The notes beneath the pieces were generated by a model that saw only the letters and a program-made list of their open reading frames with translations, ran no database searches and was not told the DNA's origin. From Maritimibacter sp. (lineage in GTDB: Bacteria > Pseudomonadota > Alphaproteobacteria > Rhodobacterales > Rhodobacteraceae): a DNA stretch of 64,000 nucleotides. Each line of letters starts with the position of its first letter. Positions within the stretch are counted from its first letter, which is position 1. The DNA lies in contig JBLWUQ010000003.1 of NCBI GenBank assembly GCA_048268845.1, forward strand, positions 213,013 to 277,012, given 5' to 3'. Both the position numbers and the translations under genes were made by a program. Below are positions 9,352 to 19,460 of the stretch, piece after piece.

Positions 9352-10074
9352 TCACCAATCCCCCAGCGTGCTCTGCCACAGCGTCAGCGCCGCCACCGCC
9401 GCCGTATCGGCGCGCAGGATGCGCGGGCCGAGGCTGACGGCATGGGCGCCGGGCATAGCATGTATGGCGGCGCGCTCGCGGTCGGAGAACCCGCCCTCGG
9501 GGCCGATCAGGATCGCCCATTTGCCGCCTTTCGCCGCAAGCGGTTGCGCCGCGCCCGCCAGCGCCTCGTCGCAGAACATGATCTGCCGGTCCTCGGGCCA
9601 GTCCGCGAGCAAACGCTCAAGCGCGACCGGTTCGGCCACCTCGGCCACGAAGGTGCCGCCGCATTGCTCGGCCGCCTCGACGGCGTGGGCTTGCAGGCGG
9701 TCGACGCGGACGCGTTCGGAATTGGTGAAGGCGGTCAGGACCGGCACGATCCGGGCCGCGCCCATCTCGGCGGCCTTCTCGACGATGAAATCGGTGCGCG
9801 CCTTCTTGATCGGGGCGAACATCAGCCAGAGGTCGGGCGGGTCGACCTGCGGTGCCGCCTGCCCGAGGCAGACCAGCCTGCCGTCGCGTTTGCCGGCATC
9901 GACCACTTCGGCGGTCCACTCGCCCGCCTGCCCGTTGAACAGCGCCACACGCGCACCCGGCTTCAGCCGCATCACGCCAAAGAGATAATGCGCCTGATCG
10001 CGGGACAGATCGACGGATTGCCCCTGCCCCAAGGGCGCGTCTACAAAGAGGCGGATTTTGGCTCGGTCCATCAT
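9352..10074 (-). CDS. rsmE: 16S rRNA (uracil1498-N3)-methyltransferase
   Basis: 240-aa ORF. The N-terminal RLFVDAPL...HYLFGVMRLKPG and C-terminal ILIGPEGGFSDRE...LGPRILRADTAAVAAL are RsmE/SPOUT signatures. Confidence 0.85.
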   Translation of the reverse strand: MMDRAKIRLFVDAPLGQGQSVDLSRDQAHYLFGVMRLKPGARVALFNGQAGEWTAEVVDAGKRDGRLVCLGQAAPQVDPPDLWLMFAPIKKARTDFIVEKAAEMGAARIVPVLTAFTNSERVRVDRLQAHAVEAAEQCGGTFVAEVAEPVALERLLADWPEDRQIMFCDEALAGAAQPLAAKGGKWAILIGPEGGFSDRERAAIHAMPGAHAVSLGPRILRADTAAVAALTLWQSTLGDW

Positions 10075-10085
10075 GGGGACAAACT

Positions 10086-11054
10086 ATGGCGACACGAAAC
10101 GGGACGCCAGAGGCGAAAGGTCAGGTCGCCGACGCGGTGCGGGGCAACTGGGTCGACCGGCTGGCGCCGCCATGGGCGCGGCCCTATCTGCGGCTGTCGC
10201 GCGCCGACCGGCCGATCGGCACCTGGCTGTTGCTGCTGCCATGCTGGTGGGGGTTGCTGCTGGGCATCGGCCAGACCAATTCCGCGGGCTGGCACGATCT
10301 GTGGATCTTCGCGGGCTGCGGCGTCGGTGCCTGGCTGATGCGCGGCGCGGGCTGCACCTGGAACGACATCACCGACCGCGACATCGACGGCGCGGTCGAG
10401 CGCACCCGCTCGCGTCCGATCCCCTCGGGGCAGGTCAGCGTGCGGCAGTCGCTGGGCTATCTGGTGCTGCAGGCGCTCGTCGCCTTCCTGATCCTCATCA
10501 CCTTCCACCCCAACGCGATCGTCCTGGGGCTGATCGCACTGGTGCCGGTCGCGATCTATCCCTTCGCCAAGCGGTTCACCTGGTGGCCGCAGGTCTTCCT
10601 CGGCATCGCGTTCAACTGGGGGGCGCTGCTGGCCTATACCGCCCATACCGGCGCGCTGGGCTGGCCCGCCGTGGCGCTCTATGCCGCCGGGATGGCCTGG
10701 ACGCTGTTTTACGACACGATCTATGCGCATCAGGACAAGGAGGACGACGCGCTGATCGGCGTGAAGTCCACCGCGCGGCTCTTTGGCGAACGCACCCTGC
10801 CGTGGCTGCGGGGTTTTCTGGCCGCGACGGTCCTTCTGATGATGCTGGCGATCATCCTCGCCTTCATACCGGGCCGGTCGATCCTGGCGCTGGTGGTGGC
10901 ACTGGGCGGGGCGTGGTTCATGGGTTGGCACATGGCCTGGCAGTTGCGCCAGCTCGACACCGATGATCCCGAGACCTGCCTGCGCCTGTTCCGCTCCAAC
11001 CGCGACGCCGGGTTGATCCCTGTGCTGTTTCTTGCCGTCGCCACCCTCCTGTGA
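10086..11054 (+). CDS. ubiA: 4-hydroxybenzoate polyprenyltransferase
   Basis: 322-aa polytopic ORF with the NDITDRDID (NDxxDxxxD) and YDTIYAHQDKEDD motifs of UbiA prenyltransferases. Confidence 0.9.
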   Translation: MATRNGTPEAKGQVADAVRGNWVDRLAPPWARPYLRLSRADRPIGTWLLLLPCWWGLLLGIGQTNSAGWHDLWIFAGCGVGAWLMRGAGCTWNDITDRDIDGAVERTRSRPIPSGQVSVRQSLGYLVLQALVAFLILITFHPNAIVLGLIALVPVAIYPFAKRFTWWPQVFLGIAFNWGALLAYTAHTGALGWPAVALYAAGMAWTLFYDTIYAHQDKEDDALIGVKSTARLFGERTLPWLRGFLAATVLLMMLAIILAFIPGRSILALVVALGGAWFMGWHMAWQLRQLDTDDPETCLRLFRSNRDAGLIPVLFLAVATLL

Positions 11055-11120
11055 TTGCCACCGTCCGGCAACCGCCGTAAGGAAGCGGGGTTTAGGGGCA
11101 GACCGGGACCATAGCCAAAG

Positions 11121-13148
11121 ATGCGCAAGTCCAAGTTCGTACTGACGCCGGTGATCTTCGTCGTGGCTTTCGCGGTTTCAATGCTCGCCGCCCTCACCGC
11201 CGTAAACGCCATCGAATCGCTGTCGAAATCAGGGGTCGAGCGGGCGTTGATGCTTGAGGGTCAGGACTGGGCGCATGTCGAAACCACCGGATTGCAGGTG
11301 ATCCTGTCAGGCACCGCGCCGAATGAAACGACCCGCTTCAAGGCGCTGTCGGTGGCTGGCGGCATCGTCGATTCCGGACGCGTGATCGACGAGATGGATG
11401 TGCCGGCGGCAAAAGCGATCACGCCGCCGCGCTTTTCCATCGAGATCCTGCGCAACGACAGCGGCGTGTCGATGATCGGCCTGATCCCGGCGCAGGTGGA
11501 CCGCGACGCGCTGATGGAAAAGATGGCGGGGATCGCCGCCCAGACCGACGTCGTCGACCTTCTGGAAACCGCCGACTATCCGGTGCCCGAGCGCTGGAGC
11601 GAAGCCGTGGACTATGCGCTTTCGGCCCTGGCGCTGCTGCCGCGCGCGAAAATCTCGGTTGATGCCGACCGGGTCGAGATCGAGGCCGTGGCGGATTCGC
11701 CCGAGCAGAAAAAGGAATGGGAGCTGACGCTCGCACGCCGGGCACCGGGCGGGCTGCGCGTGGCGCTGGACATCTCGGCGCCGCGCCCGGTTGTCACCCC
11801 GTTCATCCTGCGCTTCACCCTCGACAGCGCCGGGGCGCGTTTCGATGCCTGCACCGCCCACACCGAGCAGGGCCGGGGCAAGATCGTGTCGGCGGGCGTC
11901 GCGGCCGGCGTGTCGGGTCGGCCCGATTGCACCATCGGGCTTGGTGTTCCCTCGCCGCAATGGCCCGACGCCGTGGCGCGCGGCATCCGGGCGCTGTCCG
12001 AGCTTGGCGGCGGATCGCTGACCTTTTCCGACGCCGACGTGACCCTGATCGCGGCCCCGGATACCCCGCAATCCCTGTTCGACCGGGTTATCGGCGAGCT
12101 TGAGGCCGACCTGCCGGATGTGTTCTCGCTGCATGCCGTGCTGCCCGATCCGGTGTCGATCTCGGGCACCGGCGAAAGCAACGGCCCGCCCGAGTTCGTC
12201 GCAACCCTCAGCCCCGAGGGACAGGTGCAACTGCGCGGCCGGGTGGCCGACGAACAGGAACGCGCGATCACCGAGAGCTTTGCGCGGGCGCATTTCGGGG
12301 TCGAGAAGGTCTATGCCGCGATGCGCATCGACCCGACCCTGCCGCGCGGCTGGTCGGTGCGCACATTGGCGGCGGTCGAGGCCCTGTCGCATCTGGCGAA
12401 CGGTGTCGCGGTGGTTCAGCCCGAGGTGGTCGACGTGACCGGCGTGACCGGCGCAAAGAACGCCAGCGCCGACATCTCGCGCATCCTGTCGGAAAAGCTG
12501 GGCGAGGCCGAGGATTTCCGCGTGAACGTGACCTACGAGGAACGCTTCGATCCGATTGCCGCCCTGCCCACGCCCGAGGAGTGCGTCAGCAGCGTCAACA
12601 AGGTGATGGCCAGGGGCAAGATCACCTTCCCGCCGGGCTCGGCCGATATCGAGGCGTCATCGGCCGCGACAATCGACGAGATCGCCGGAATCCTGAGATC
12701 CTGCCCCGACGTGGCGATGGAAATCGGTGGTTATACCGACAGTCAGGGCCGCGAAGAAATGAACAAGGCGCTGTCGCAGCGCCGTGCCGACTCGGTGGTC
12801 AGCGCGCTTCTGGCGCGCCGTGTGCTGACCTCGAACCTCACCGCGCACGGCTATGGCGAGGAAAACCCGATTGCCGACAACGAGACCGAGGAGGGCCGCG
12901 AGGCCAACCGCAGGATCGAATTCCGGCTGATCGGCGCAAGCAGCGCCGTGGCAGCAGTCACGACCCCGGCAAACACGCCCGAAGAAGGCGCTGAGGGGCA
13001 GGACGAAGGCGGCGAGGAGACGCCGGAGCCTGCGGAGGATGGCGACGAGGCGGGCGATGCGGCGACGACCGATGCGCCGGTGGTGGTAGACCCGGAACTT
13101 GCCGATAAACGACCAAAACCGCGCCCGGACACCGGTAACGACGGCTAG
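11121..13148 (+). CDS. OmpA family protein with long N-terminal periplasmic region and acidic C-terminal tail
   Basis: 675-aa ORF with an N-terminal TM/signal anchor. C-terminal OmpA-like domain (GGYTDSQGREEMNKALSQRRADSV...NRRIEF), followed by an Asp/Glu/Pro-rich low-complexity tail. Confidence 0.8.
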   Translation: MRKSKFVLTPVIFVVAFAVSMLAALTAVNAIESLSKSGVERALMLEGQDWAHVETTGLQVILSGTAPNETTRFKALSVAGGIVDSGRVIDEMDVPAAKAITPPRFSIEILRNDSGVSMIGLIPAQVDRDALMEKMAGIAAQTDVVDLLETADYPVPERWSEAVDYALSALALLPRAKISVDADRVEIEAVADSPEQKKEWELTLARRAPGGLRVALDISAPRPVVTPFILRFTLDSAGARFDACTAHTEQGRGKIVSAGVAAGVSGRPDCTIGLGVPSPQWPDAVARGIRALSELGGGSLTFSDADVTLIAAPDTPQSLFDRVIGELEADLPDVFSLHAVLPDPVSISGTGESNGPPEFVATLSPEGQVQLRGRVADEQERAITESFARAHFGVEKVYAAMRIDPTLPRGWSVRTLAAVEALSHLANGVAVVQPEVVDVTGVTGAKNASADISRILSEKLGEAEDFRVNVTYEERFDPIAALPTPEECVSSVNKVMARGKITFPPGSADIEASSAATIDEIAGILRSCPDVAMEIGGYTDSQGREEMNKALSQRRADSVVSALLARRVLTSNLTAHGYGEENPIADNETEEGREANRRIEFRLIGASSAVAAVTTPANTPEEGAEGQDEGGEETPEPAEDGDEAGDAATTDAPVVVDPELADKRPKPRPDTGNDG

Positions 13149-13266
13149 AACGCGATCCGCTGGGCAAGACCCGCCTGCGGAACAAGATCGCGCAAAAAAA
13201 CAACAAGACAGATCATCGCCCCCGACCCAACGATCCGGGGCGGCGATCGGGAGAAGGAAGAGGGAT

Positions 13267-13593
13267 ATGAACAGAACCGAGTTCATCATCGTGACGGCGA
13301 TCATTCTGTTCGTTGCCTTCGCGCTCGGATGGTTCGCGCATTGGCTGATCCATCGTTTCACCCAGGTCGCAGGCGCCGACATGGGCGAGATCGACCGGCT
13401 TGCCCAGTCGCTGCACGAGGCCGAGGAAACCCGCGATCAGGCGATCATCTATCTGCAGCAGCGCGAGGCCGAGATGGCCAACCAGTTGCACCAGACCGAA
13501 GCCGAATTGCGCGCCGCCATGGACGGTCTGCGCGAGGCGCGTCAGGAAGCCGAGGAATTGCGGGCCTATATCGAGCGGGCAAGTCAGGGCTGA
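13267..13593 (+). CDS. hypothetical membrane-anchored coiled-coil protein
   Basis: Track ORF 13099-13593. ATG 13267 gives MNRTEFIIVTAIILFVAFALGWF (TM helix), then a heptad-like Glu/Arg/Ala-rich helix. GGAAGAGGGA lies upstream of the ATG. Confidence 0.55.
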   Translation: MNRTEFIIVTAIILFVAFALGWFAHWLIHRFTQVAGADMGEIDRLAQSLHEAEETRDQAIIYLQQREAEMANQLHQTEAELRAAMDGLREARQEAEELRAYIERASQG

Positions 13594-13747
13594 GCGACAC
13601 GCCGGCGCGGTGCTTTCGGTTCGGAACCGCTGAAATCGAGCTTCACCGGCGCGTGATGTCCGGCCCGCAAAGACCTTGCCTCCGGTCCCAAAGCGGTGTC
13701 AGTTGGCCCGGCCCAAGAATGCCACCCGAACGAACACGGAGAGAAAC

Positions 13748-14932
13748 ATGCGCGCAGGTCTTGCCGCACTGGTCGTGGCCTATGTGCTGAGCCAGTTTTA
13801 CCGGGCGTTCCTGCCGGTCATGGCGCCGGTTCTGTCGGCCGACCTTGGCGCCAGTGCCGAGGAGCTCTCGCGGGCGTCCGGCCTGTGGTTCCTGACCTTC
13901 GCGGCGATGCAGATCCCGGTGGGCTGGGCGCTCGACACGATCGGGCCACGCCGGACGACGACGGTTCTGCTGGGGCTTGGCGGCGGCGGTGGTGCCGCGC
14001 TATTCGCCATGGCGGCTGCGCCCTGGCACATCCAGGCTTCGATGGTGCTTCTGGGGATCGCCTGCTCTCCGGTGCTGATGGCCGCCTATTTCACCATTGC
14101 GCGGGAATTCCCGGCCAAGGTGTTCGGAACGCTGGCCGGCGCGACGATGGGGATGGGGGCGTTCGGAAATCTCGCGGGCAGCCTGCCGATGGCCTGGGCG
14201 GTGGAGACGTTCGGCTGGCGTGAATCCCTGTGGGGATTGGCGGCGATCACCGTCGCGGTTGCGCTGGCCGTCTGGCTGCTGGTCAAGGATCCGAAGCAGG
14301 TCAGGGCCGCCGAGGGCGAACACAAGGGATCGCTGCTGACGCTGCTGAAAATGCCGGCCCTGTGGCTGATCATCCCGATCCAGTTCGTCGGCTATACACC
14401 TTCAGCCGGGATGCGCGGTCTATGGGCGGGGCCCTACATGAGCGACATCTTCGGGCTGGATGCAGGCGGGATCGGGGTTGTGACGCTGACGATGGGCATT
14501 GCGATGATCGTCGGCAATTTCCTCTACGGCCCGATGGACCGGGTGTTCGGCACCCGCAAATGGGTGGTTCTGATCGGCAACCTGATATCGGCGCTGTGCA
14601 TCTTCGGGCTGGCGCTCTGGCCGCAGAGCGGTGTCGTGAGCGCGACGATCCTGCTGGCCACCGCCGGGCTGTTCGGCGCGTCGTTTCCGGCGATCATGGC
14701 GCATGCGCGCAGCTTCTTCCCGCCACATCTGACCGGGCGGGGTGTCACGCTTCTGAACCTGTTCGGGATTGGCGGCGTCGGGGTGTTCCAGTTCGCCTCC
14801 GGCTCGGTCTTCTCCGCGGCAAGCGCCGGGGGCGACCCGGTTGCCGCCTACCGGACGCTGTTTCTGTTCTTCGGCATCCCGGTCCTGATCGGGCTGGCGA
14901 TCTATCTGTTTTCCGAAGACCGCGTCGATTGA
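13748..14932 (+). CDS. MFS transporter
   Basis: Track ORF 13676-14932, with start taken at MRAGLAALVVAYVLSQFYR (13748). About 12 hydrophobic helices with a typical MFS layout. Confidence 0.85.
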   Translation: MRAGLAALVVAYVLSQFYRAFLPVMAPVLSADLGASAEELSRASGLWFLTFAAMQIPVGWALDTIGPRRTTTVLLGLGGGGGAALFAMAAAPWHIQASMVLLGIACSPVLMAAYFTIAREFPAKVFGTLAGATMGMGAFGNLAGSLPMAWAVETFGWRESLWGLAAITVAVALAVWLLVKDPKQVRAAEGEHKGSLLTLLKMPALWLIIPIQFVGYTPSAGMRGLWAGPYMSDIFGLDAGGIGVVTLTMGIAMIVGNFLYGPMDRVFGTRKWVVLIGNLISALCIFGLALWPQSGVVSATILLATAGLFGASFPAIMAHARSFFPPHLTGRGVTLLNLFGIGGVGVFQFASGSVFSAASAGGDPVAAYRTLFLFFGIPVLIGLAIYLFSEDRVD

Positions 14933-14940
14933 CGCAAGGC

Positions 14941-14963
14941 GGAGCGGGGTTGGCCCCCGCTCC
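14941..14963. terminator. GC-rich stem-loop between convergent MFS and helicase genes
   Basis: GGAGCGGGG-ttggc-CCCCGCTCC: 9-bp perfect stem with a 5-nt loop. There is no clear T-run on either side. Confidence 0.4.
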
Positions 14964-14986
14964 GGCGTGTCAGGTCCTGGCCGGGG

Positions 14987-16264
14987 TCAGGCGGCGCGGG
15001 TGTGGCGCGGACGCCGACGCTTGGCGCCCTGCGGTTTCGCCTTGGCAGCATGCGGTTGCACCCGTCTGCCACCGCCACCACCACCGCCGCCGCCACTACC
15101 GCGCCCGCCGCGCTTGACCGGCGCGACCTCGACCGGCTGGCGGCCGCCCAGCACCGGGATTTCGGCCTTCATCTGCTTTTCGATCTGGCGCAGAAGCGCG
15201 ATCTCGTCACCGGCGACAAAGGCGATCGCTTCGCCGCCTGCGCCAGCCCGCGCGGTGCGGCCGATCCGGTGAACGTAGCTCTCCGGCACGTCCGGCAGAT
15301 CGAAGTTGTAGACATGGCTGACGCCGGGAATGTCGATGCCGCGCGCCGCAACGTCGGTGGCAACGAGGATGCGCGCCACGCCGTCGCGGAAGGCTTTCAA
15401 CGCCCGGTCGCGCTGGCCTTGCGACTTGTTGCCGTGGATCGACACCGCGTCGTAGCCTTCGCTGACAAGGTGTTTCATCAGCTTCTCGGCACCGTGCTTG
15501 GTGCGCGAGAACACCAGCGCCAGCCCGTCCGGCGAGGCGTTCAGGTAGTCCTTCAAGAGCACGACCTTGTCGTCCTTGCCCTGCGCCCAATGGACGCCCT
15601 GGGTGACCTTGTCGGCAGCCTTGCCGAGGGTCGAGACCTGCACCCGGAGCGGGCTGTTCAGATACGAGCCTGCGATTTCTTCCATCTGCTTGGGCATCGT
15701 GGCTGAAAACAGCATGGTCTGGCGCGGCGTGCCAAGCTTCGGTGCGATCCGGCGCAGCGCGTGGATGAAGCCCATGTCGAGCATGTGGTCGGCCTCGTCG
15801 AGCACGAGGAACGTCGCCGCATCCAGCCGGATCGCGCCCCGGTCCATCAGGTCGATCAACCGGCCCGGCGTCGCCACCAGGATATCGGTGCCGCGCAGAA
15901 GGTTCTCGGCCTGACGGCCGATCGAGACACCGCCGACGACGGTGACGACCTTCATGTGCGTGCCCTTGATATAGACCCTGAGGTGGTCGGCGATCTGGCT
16001 GACCAGTTCGCGCGTCGGCGCAAGGATGAGGGCGCGGGTGGTCTTCGGCTCGCGCTTGTCGTGCGAGCTCATCAGCTTGTGGATCAAGGGCAGGCCGAAG
16101 GCCGCCGTCTTGCCGGTGCCGGTCTGGGCCAGCCCCATCACGTCGCGCCCGCCCAGCACGGCCGGGATGGCCTCGATCTGGATCGGGGTCGGTTTGTCAT
16201 AGCCCGCGGCAGTGATGGCGGCGAGCAGCTTCGGGTCAAGCCCGAGCGATTCAAATGTAGTCAT
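14987..16264 (-). CDS. DEAD/DEAH box RNA helicase with Gly/Arg-rich C-terminal tail
   Basis: Track ORF 14987-16315, with start at MTTFESLGL (ATG 16264). Motifs AQTGTGKT, PTRELV, DEAD, SAT, HRIGRTARAG. The tail reads KRGGRGSGGGGGGGGGRR. Confidence 0.92.
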   Translation of the reverse strand: MTTFESLGLDPKLLAAITAAGYDKPTPIQIEAIPAVLGGRDVMGLAQTGTGKTAAFGLPLIHKLMSSHDKREPKTTRALILAPTRELVSQIADHLRVYIKGTHMKVVTVVGGVSIGRQAENLLRGTDILVATPGRLIDLMDRGAIRLDAATFLVLDEADHMLDMGFIHALRRIAPKLGTPRQTMLFSATMPKQMEEIAGSYLNSPLRVQVSTLGKAADKVTQGVHWAQGKDDKVVLLKDYLNASPDGLALVFSRTKHGAEKLMKHLVSEGYDAVSIHGNKSQGQRDRALKAFRDGVARILVATDVAARGIDIPGVSHVYNFDLPDVPESYVHRIGRTARAGAGGEAIAFVAGDEIALLRQIEKQMKAEIPVLGGRQPVEVAPVKRGGRGSGGGGGGGGGRRVQPHAAKAKPQGAKRRRPRHTRAA

Positions 16265-16647
16265 GTATATCTTTCCGCGGCGCAATGCGGCCGCATCAAC
16301 GGGTCCGAGGCGCACGATTGCGCCCGGTCAGTGCAAAAGGTTCGGCACCAGCCTCGCGGCGAGGCCCCTGCCCTGCCACCGTCCGGTCCGTTGACCCCCC
16401 TGCGTGATGTGGGAACCTGTCTGACGCCGACCCGAGAAGGTCCGTCGCGCCTGTCTTTCCGTGCCGGCGACACAATGGTCGGCTCGGCGGGCGGCTCACG
16501 CGGCCGCAAGAAAGTTGCGGCGTCATCCCATCATCTCGGGATGAAGTCAACGCAAATCGCGACGCATGCCCCTTTAACCTGCCGGGGGTTTCAGGTATCA
16601 GCGCCTGCGTCTTTGCCTCGAAGACGTGTATGAAGGAGCAGAGCCAG

Positions 16648-17670
16648 ATGGGCTACAAGGTCGTCGTCTGCGGCGCCACGGGCAACGTGGGTCGTGAAAT
16701 GCTGAACATTCTGGCCGAACGCCAGTTCCCCGTCGACGAGATCGCCGTTCTCGCCTCGCGCCGCTCGCTCGGCACCGAAGTGAGCTTTGGCGACAAGACC
16801 CTCAAGACCAAGGATCTCGACACCTTCGACTTCACCGGCTGGGACATGGCGCTGTTCGCCATCGGTTCGGACGCGACGAAGAAGTATGCGCCCATCGCCG
16901 CCAAGGCGGGCTGCGTGGTGATCGACAACTCGTCGCTCTACCGCTACGACCCGCAGGTGCCGCTGATCGTGCCCGAGGTTAACCCCGAGGCGATCCACGG
17001 CTATTCAAAGAAGAACATCATCGCCAACCCCAACTGCTCGACCGCGCAGATGGTGGTGGCGCTAAAGCCGCTGCATGACCGCGCCCGGATCAAGCGCGTC
17101 GTGGTTTCGACCTATCAATCGGTGTCGGGCGCGGGCAAGGAAGGCATGGACGAGCTCTGGGACCAGACCAAGGGCATGTATGTGCCGGGTCAGGAACGCG
17201 AGCCGTCGAAGTTCACCAAGCAGATCGCCTTCAACGTCATTCCCCATATCGACGTCTTTCTCGAAGACGGCTCGACCAAGGAGGAATGGAAGATGGTCGC
17301 CGAGACCAAGAAGATCGTCGATCCGGCGATCAAGGTCACGGCAACCTGCGTGCGGGTGCCGGTTTTCGTCGGCCATTCCGAGGCGATCAACATCGAGTTC
17401 GAGGATTTCCTCGACGAGGACGAGGCCCGCGACATCCTGCGCGAGGCGCCGGGCATCCTGGTCGTCGACAAGCGCGAGGACGGTGGCTACGTCACCCCGG
17501 TTGAATGTGCCGGCGATTATGCCACCTTCATCAGCCGCATCCGGCAGGACTCGACCGTTGAGAACGGGTTGAACCTGTGGTGCGTCTCGGACAACCTGCG
17601 CAAGGGCGCAGCGCTCAATGCGGTTCAAATTGCCGAATTGCTTGGCCGCGAGGTTCTGAAAAAGGGCTGA
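16648..17670 (+). CDS. asd: aspartate-semialdehyde dehydrogenase
   Basis: Track ORF 16630-17670, with start at MGYKVVVCGATGNVGREM (16648). Active-site NPNCSTAQ is present, and the protein is colinear with the alpha-type Asd. Confidence 0.95.
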   Translation: MGYKVVVCGATGNVGREMLNILAERQFPVDEIAVLASRRSLGTEVSFGDKTLKTKDLDTFDFTGWDMALFAIGSDATKKYAPIAAKAGCVVIDNSSLYRYDPQVPLIVPEVNPEAIHGYSKKNIIANPNCSTAQMVVALKPLHDRARIKRVVVSTYQSVSGAGKEGMDELWDQTKGMYVPGQEREPSKFTKQIAFNVIPHIDVFLEDGSTKEEWKMVAETKKIVDPAIKVTATCVRVPVFVGHSEAINIEFEDFLDEDEARDILREAPGILVVDKREDGGYVTPVECAGDYATFISRIRQDSTVENGLNLWCVSDNLRKGAALNAVQIAELLGREVLKKG

Positions 17671-17691
17671 CCGGCCCGCCTTCAACAACAG

Positions 17692-17730
17692 GGCCGTCGG
17701 AACCGAGCGTTCCGGCGGCCCTTTTTTCTT
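17692..17730 (+). terminator. Rho-independent terminator of asd
   Basis: GGCCGTCGGAAC-cgagc-GTTCCGGCGGCC: 12-bp stem with one G-U pair and a 5-nt loop, followed by CTTTTTTCTT. Confidence 0.7.
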
Positions 17731-17753
17731 GGCGGACCCTTGGCGGAAACCGA

Positions 17754-18536
17754 TCAGACCCCATCGCCGACGAAGGCTTTTTCGACCACGAACTCGCGCG
17801 GTTCGGAATTGGCGCCTTCGCGCAGCCCGTGAGCTTCCAGCAGGCGCTTCACGTCGATGTTGAAGTCGTAGCCGCCGCAGACCATGGCGCGGTCGCGCGC
17901 CGGATCGAGGGCGGGAAGGTCCAGATCGCGAAACACCTGCCCCGAGGCGATGGTCTCGGTGATCCGGCCCATATGCGCCGAGGGCTCGCGCGTCGTGGTG
18001 GGGTAATACAGAACCCGTCCGGCGCAGACCTCATCGACCAGTGCTGTCTCGGGCAAGGCGGCGATCACGCTGGCGCCATAGGCAAGCTCGCTCTGGTGGC
18101 GGCAGGTGTGCATGACGACGATCTGATCGAAACGGTCGTAGGTCTCGACATCGCGCAGGATCGAGGCGAAGGGCGCGAAGCCGGTCCCGGTCGCCAGAAG
18201 CCACAGCCGCTCGCCGGGCAAGAGCGCGTCATGCACCAGCGTTCCGACCGGCTTGGGGCGCAGGATGATCTCGTCGCCCGGCCGGATATTGCGCAACCGC
18301 GAGGTCAACGGGCCGTTCGCCACCTTGATGGAATAGAACTCCAGCTCCTCCGCCCAGAACGGCGCGGCGATGGAATAGGCCCGCAGCAGCGGTTTGCCAT
18401 TGTCGTCGGGCAGGCCGATCATCACGAACTCGCCCGAGCGAAACCGCAGGGTGTTGGGCCGGGTGATGCGGAACGAGAACAGGTTGTCGTCCCAATGCGT
18501 GACCTCGGTCACGGTCTGGATGTCGCTTGCGGTCAT
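17754..18536 (-). CDS. fpr: ferredoxin--NADP(+) reductase
   Basis: 260-aa ORF with RAYSIA (RxYS FAD motif) and GTGFAPF (NADP motif). The size is typical of bacterial-type Fpr. Confidence 0.9.
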   Translation of the reverse strand: MTASDIQTVTEVTHWDDNLFSFRITRPNTLRFRSGEFVMIGLPDDNGKPLLRAYSIAAPFWAEELEFYSIKVANGPLTSRLRNIRPGDEIILRPKPVGTLVHDALLPGERLWLLATGTGFAPFASILRDVETYDRFDQIVVMHTCRHQSELAYGASVIAALPETALVDEVCAGRVLYYPTTTREPSAHMGRITETIASGQVFRDLDLPALDPARDRAMVCGGYDFNIDVKRLLEAHGLREGANSEPREFVVEKAFVGDGV

Positions 18537-18550
18537 GGGGTCTCCGGTTT

Positions 18551-19321
18551 TCAGGTCGGTCGGTCGGCGGCGAGCGTCTGGCCGCCATCGACCAGAAACG
18601 TCTGCCCGGTGATCCAGCGCGCGGCGTCCGAACAGAGGAACATCAGCGGCGGCAGGATGTCGTCGGCGGCTCCCAGTCGCCCGGCGGGCAAGGCGGCGAG
18701 CGTGCGCTGGTAAAGCTCCGGCATTTCGGTTTCGGCGCGGTCCCAGAACCCGCCGTCAAAGCGCGTCGAGCCAGGCGCGATCGCGTTCACCCGCACGCCC
18801 TTGTCCACCAGATCGGCGGCCAGGCAGGTGACGGCGTATTCCAGGCCGACCTTGGCCGCGCCATAGGCCATGGTCTGCGGCAGATGCCCGCGCGCCGTGC
18901 GCGACGAGCAGAACAGGGCCGCACCGCGTGAGGTCATGAGGCTGTCGCGGCAGGCCTCCAGAAGCCGGATCGGCGCCATCAGGTCGGTCTCGAAACTGGC
19001 GCGAAACTCGCGGTCGGACCTGCCGCTGGCCCCGGCGGTCAGCGTCACCAGCAGCACGTCCACGCCATCAAGCGCGGCCTGCGCCTGTTCTGCCCAGCGC
19101 GCGACGCCCTCGGTCGTCGAAAGGTCAGCGGCGAAGGCGGCATGCCCGGCTCCGGGCAGATCGGCCAGGACCGACGCAAGCGCGGCTTCGTCCCGCCCGC
19201 CAAGCGCGATTCGCGCCCCGGCTTTTGCCATCGCCAGCGCCGCTGCGCGGCCCAGACCACGGCTGGCGCCAGCGATCAACACGCGTTTGCCAGCGAAGGA
19301 CAGATCGGTGGATTGAGTCAC
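18551..19321 (-). CDS. SDR family oxidoreductase
   Basis: The track ORF runs to a TTG at 19378. GTG at 19321 is preceded by CAGGAAG 5 nt upstream. Motifs GASRGLG (Rossmann) and YGAAK (YxxxK) are present. Confidence 0.8.
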   Translation of the reverse strand: MTQSTDLSFAGKRVLIAGASRGLGRAAALAMAKAGARIALGGRDEAALASVLADLPGAGHAAFAADLSTTEGVARWAEQAQAALDGVDVLLVTLTAGASGRSDREFRASFETDLMAPIRLLEACRDSLMTSRGAALFCSSRTARGHLPQTMAYGAAKVGLEYAVTCLAADLVDKGVRVNAIAPGSTRFDGGFWDRAETEMPELYQRTLAALPAGRLGAADDILPPLMFLCSDAARWITGQTFLVDGGQTLAADRPT

Positions 19322-19360
19322 GAAAACTTCCTGGTTCGGTTCGGGCCGACCATAAACCGC

Positions 19361-19387
19361 ACTTTTTTCATGTTGCAACAGAAAAGT
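19361..19387. promoter_or_regulatory. AT-rich nested palindrome, candidate TetR operator (site A) in the SDR-fpr / tetR divergent region
   Basis: ACTTTTTTCATGTTGCAACAGAAAAGT: the outer arms ACTTTT/AAAAGT enclose the perfect palindrome GTTGCAAC. It closely resembles site B at 20276-20303. Confidence 0.4.
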
Positions 19388-19460
19388 TTCGTCCCATAGT
19401 GCAGAACCCGCCGCAGGTCGCTAGTCTTCGCACCTGACGCCCTTTACGCAGAGAGACGCC

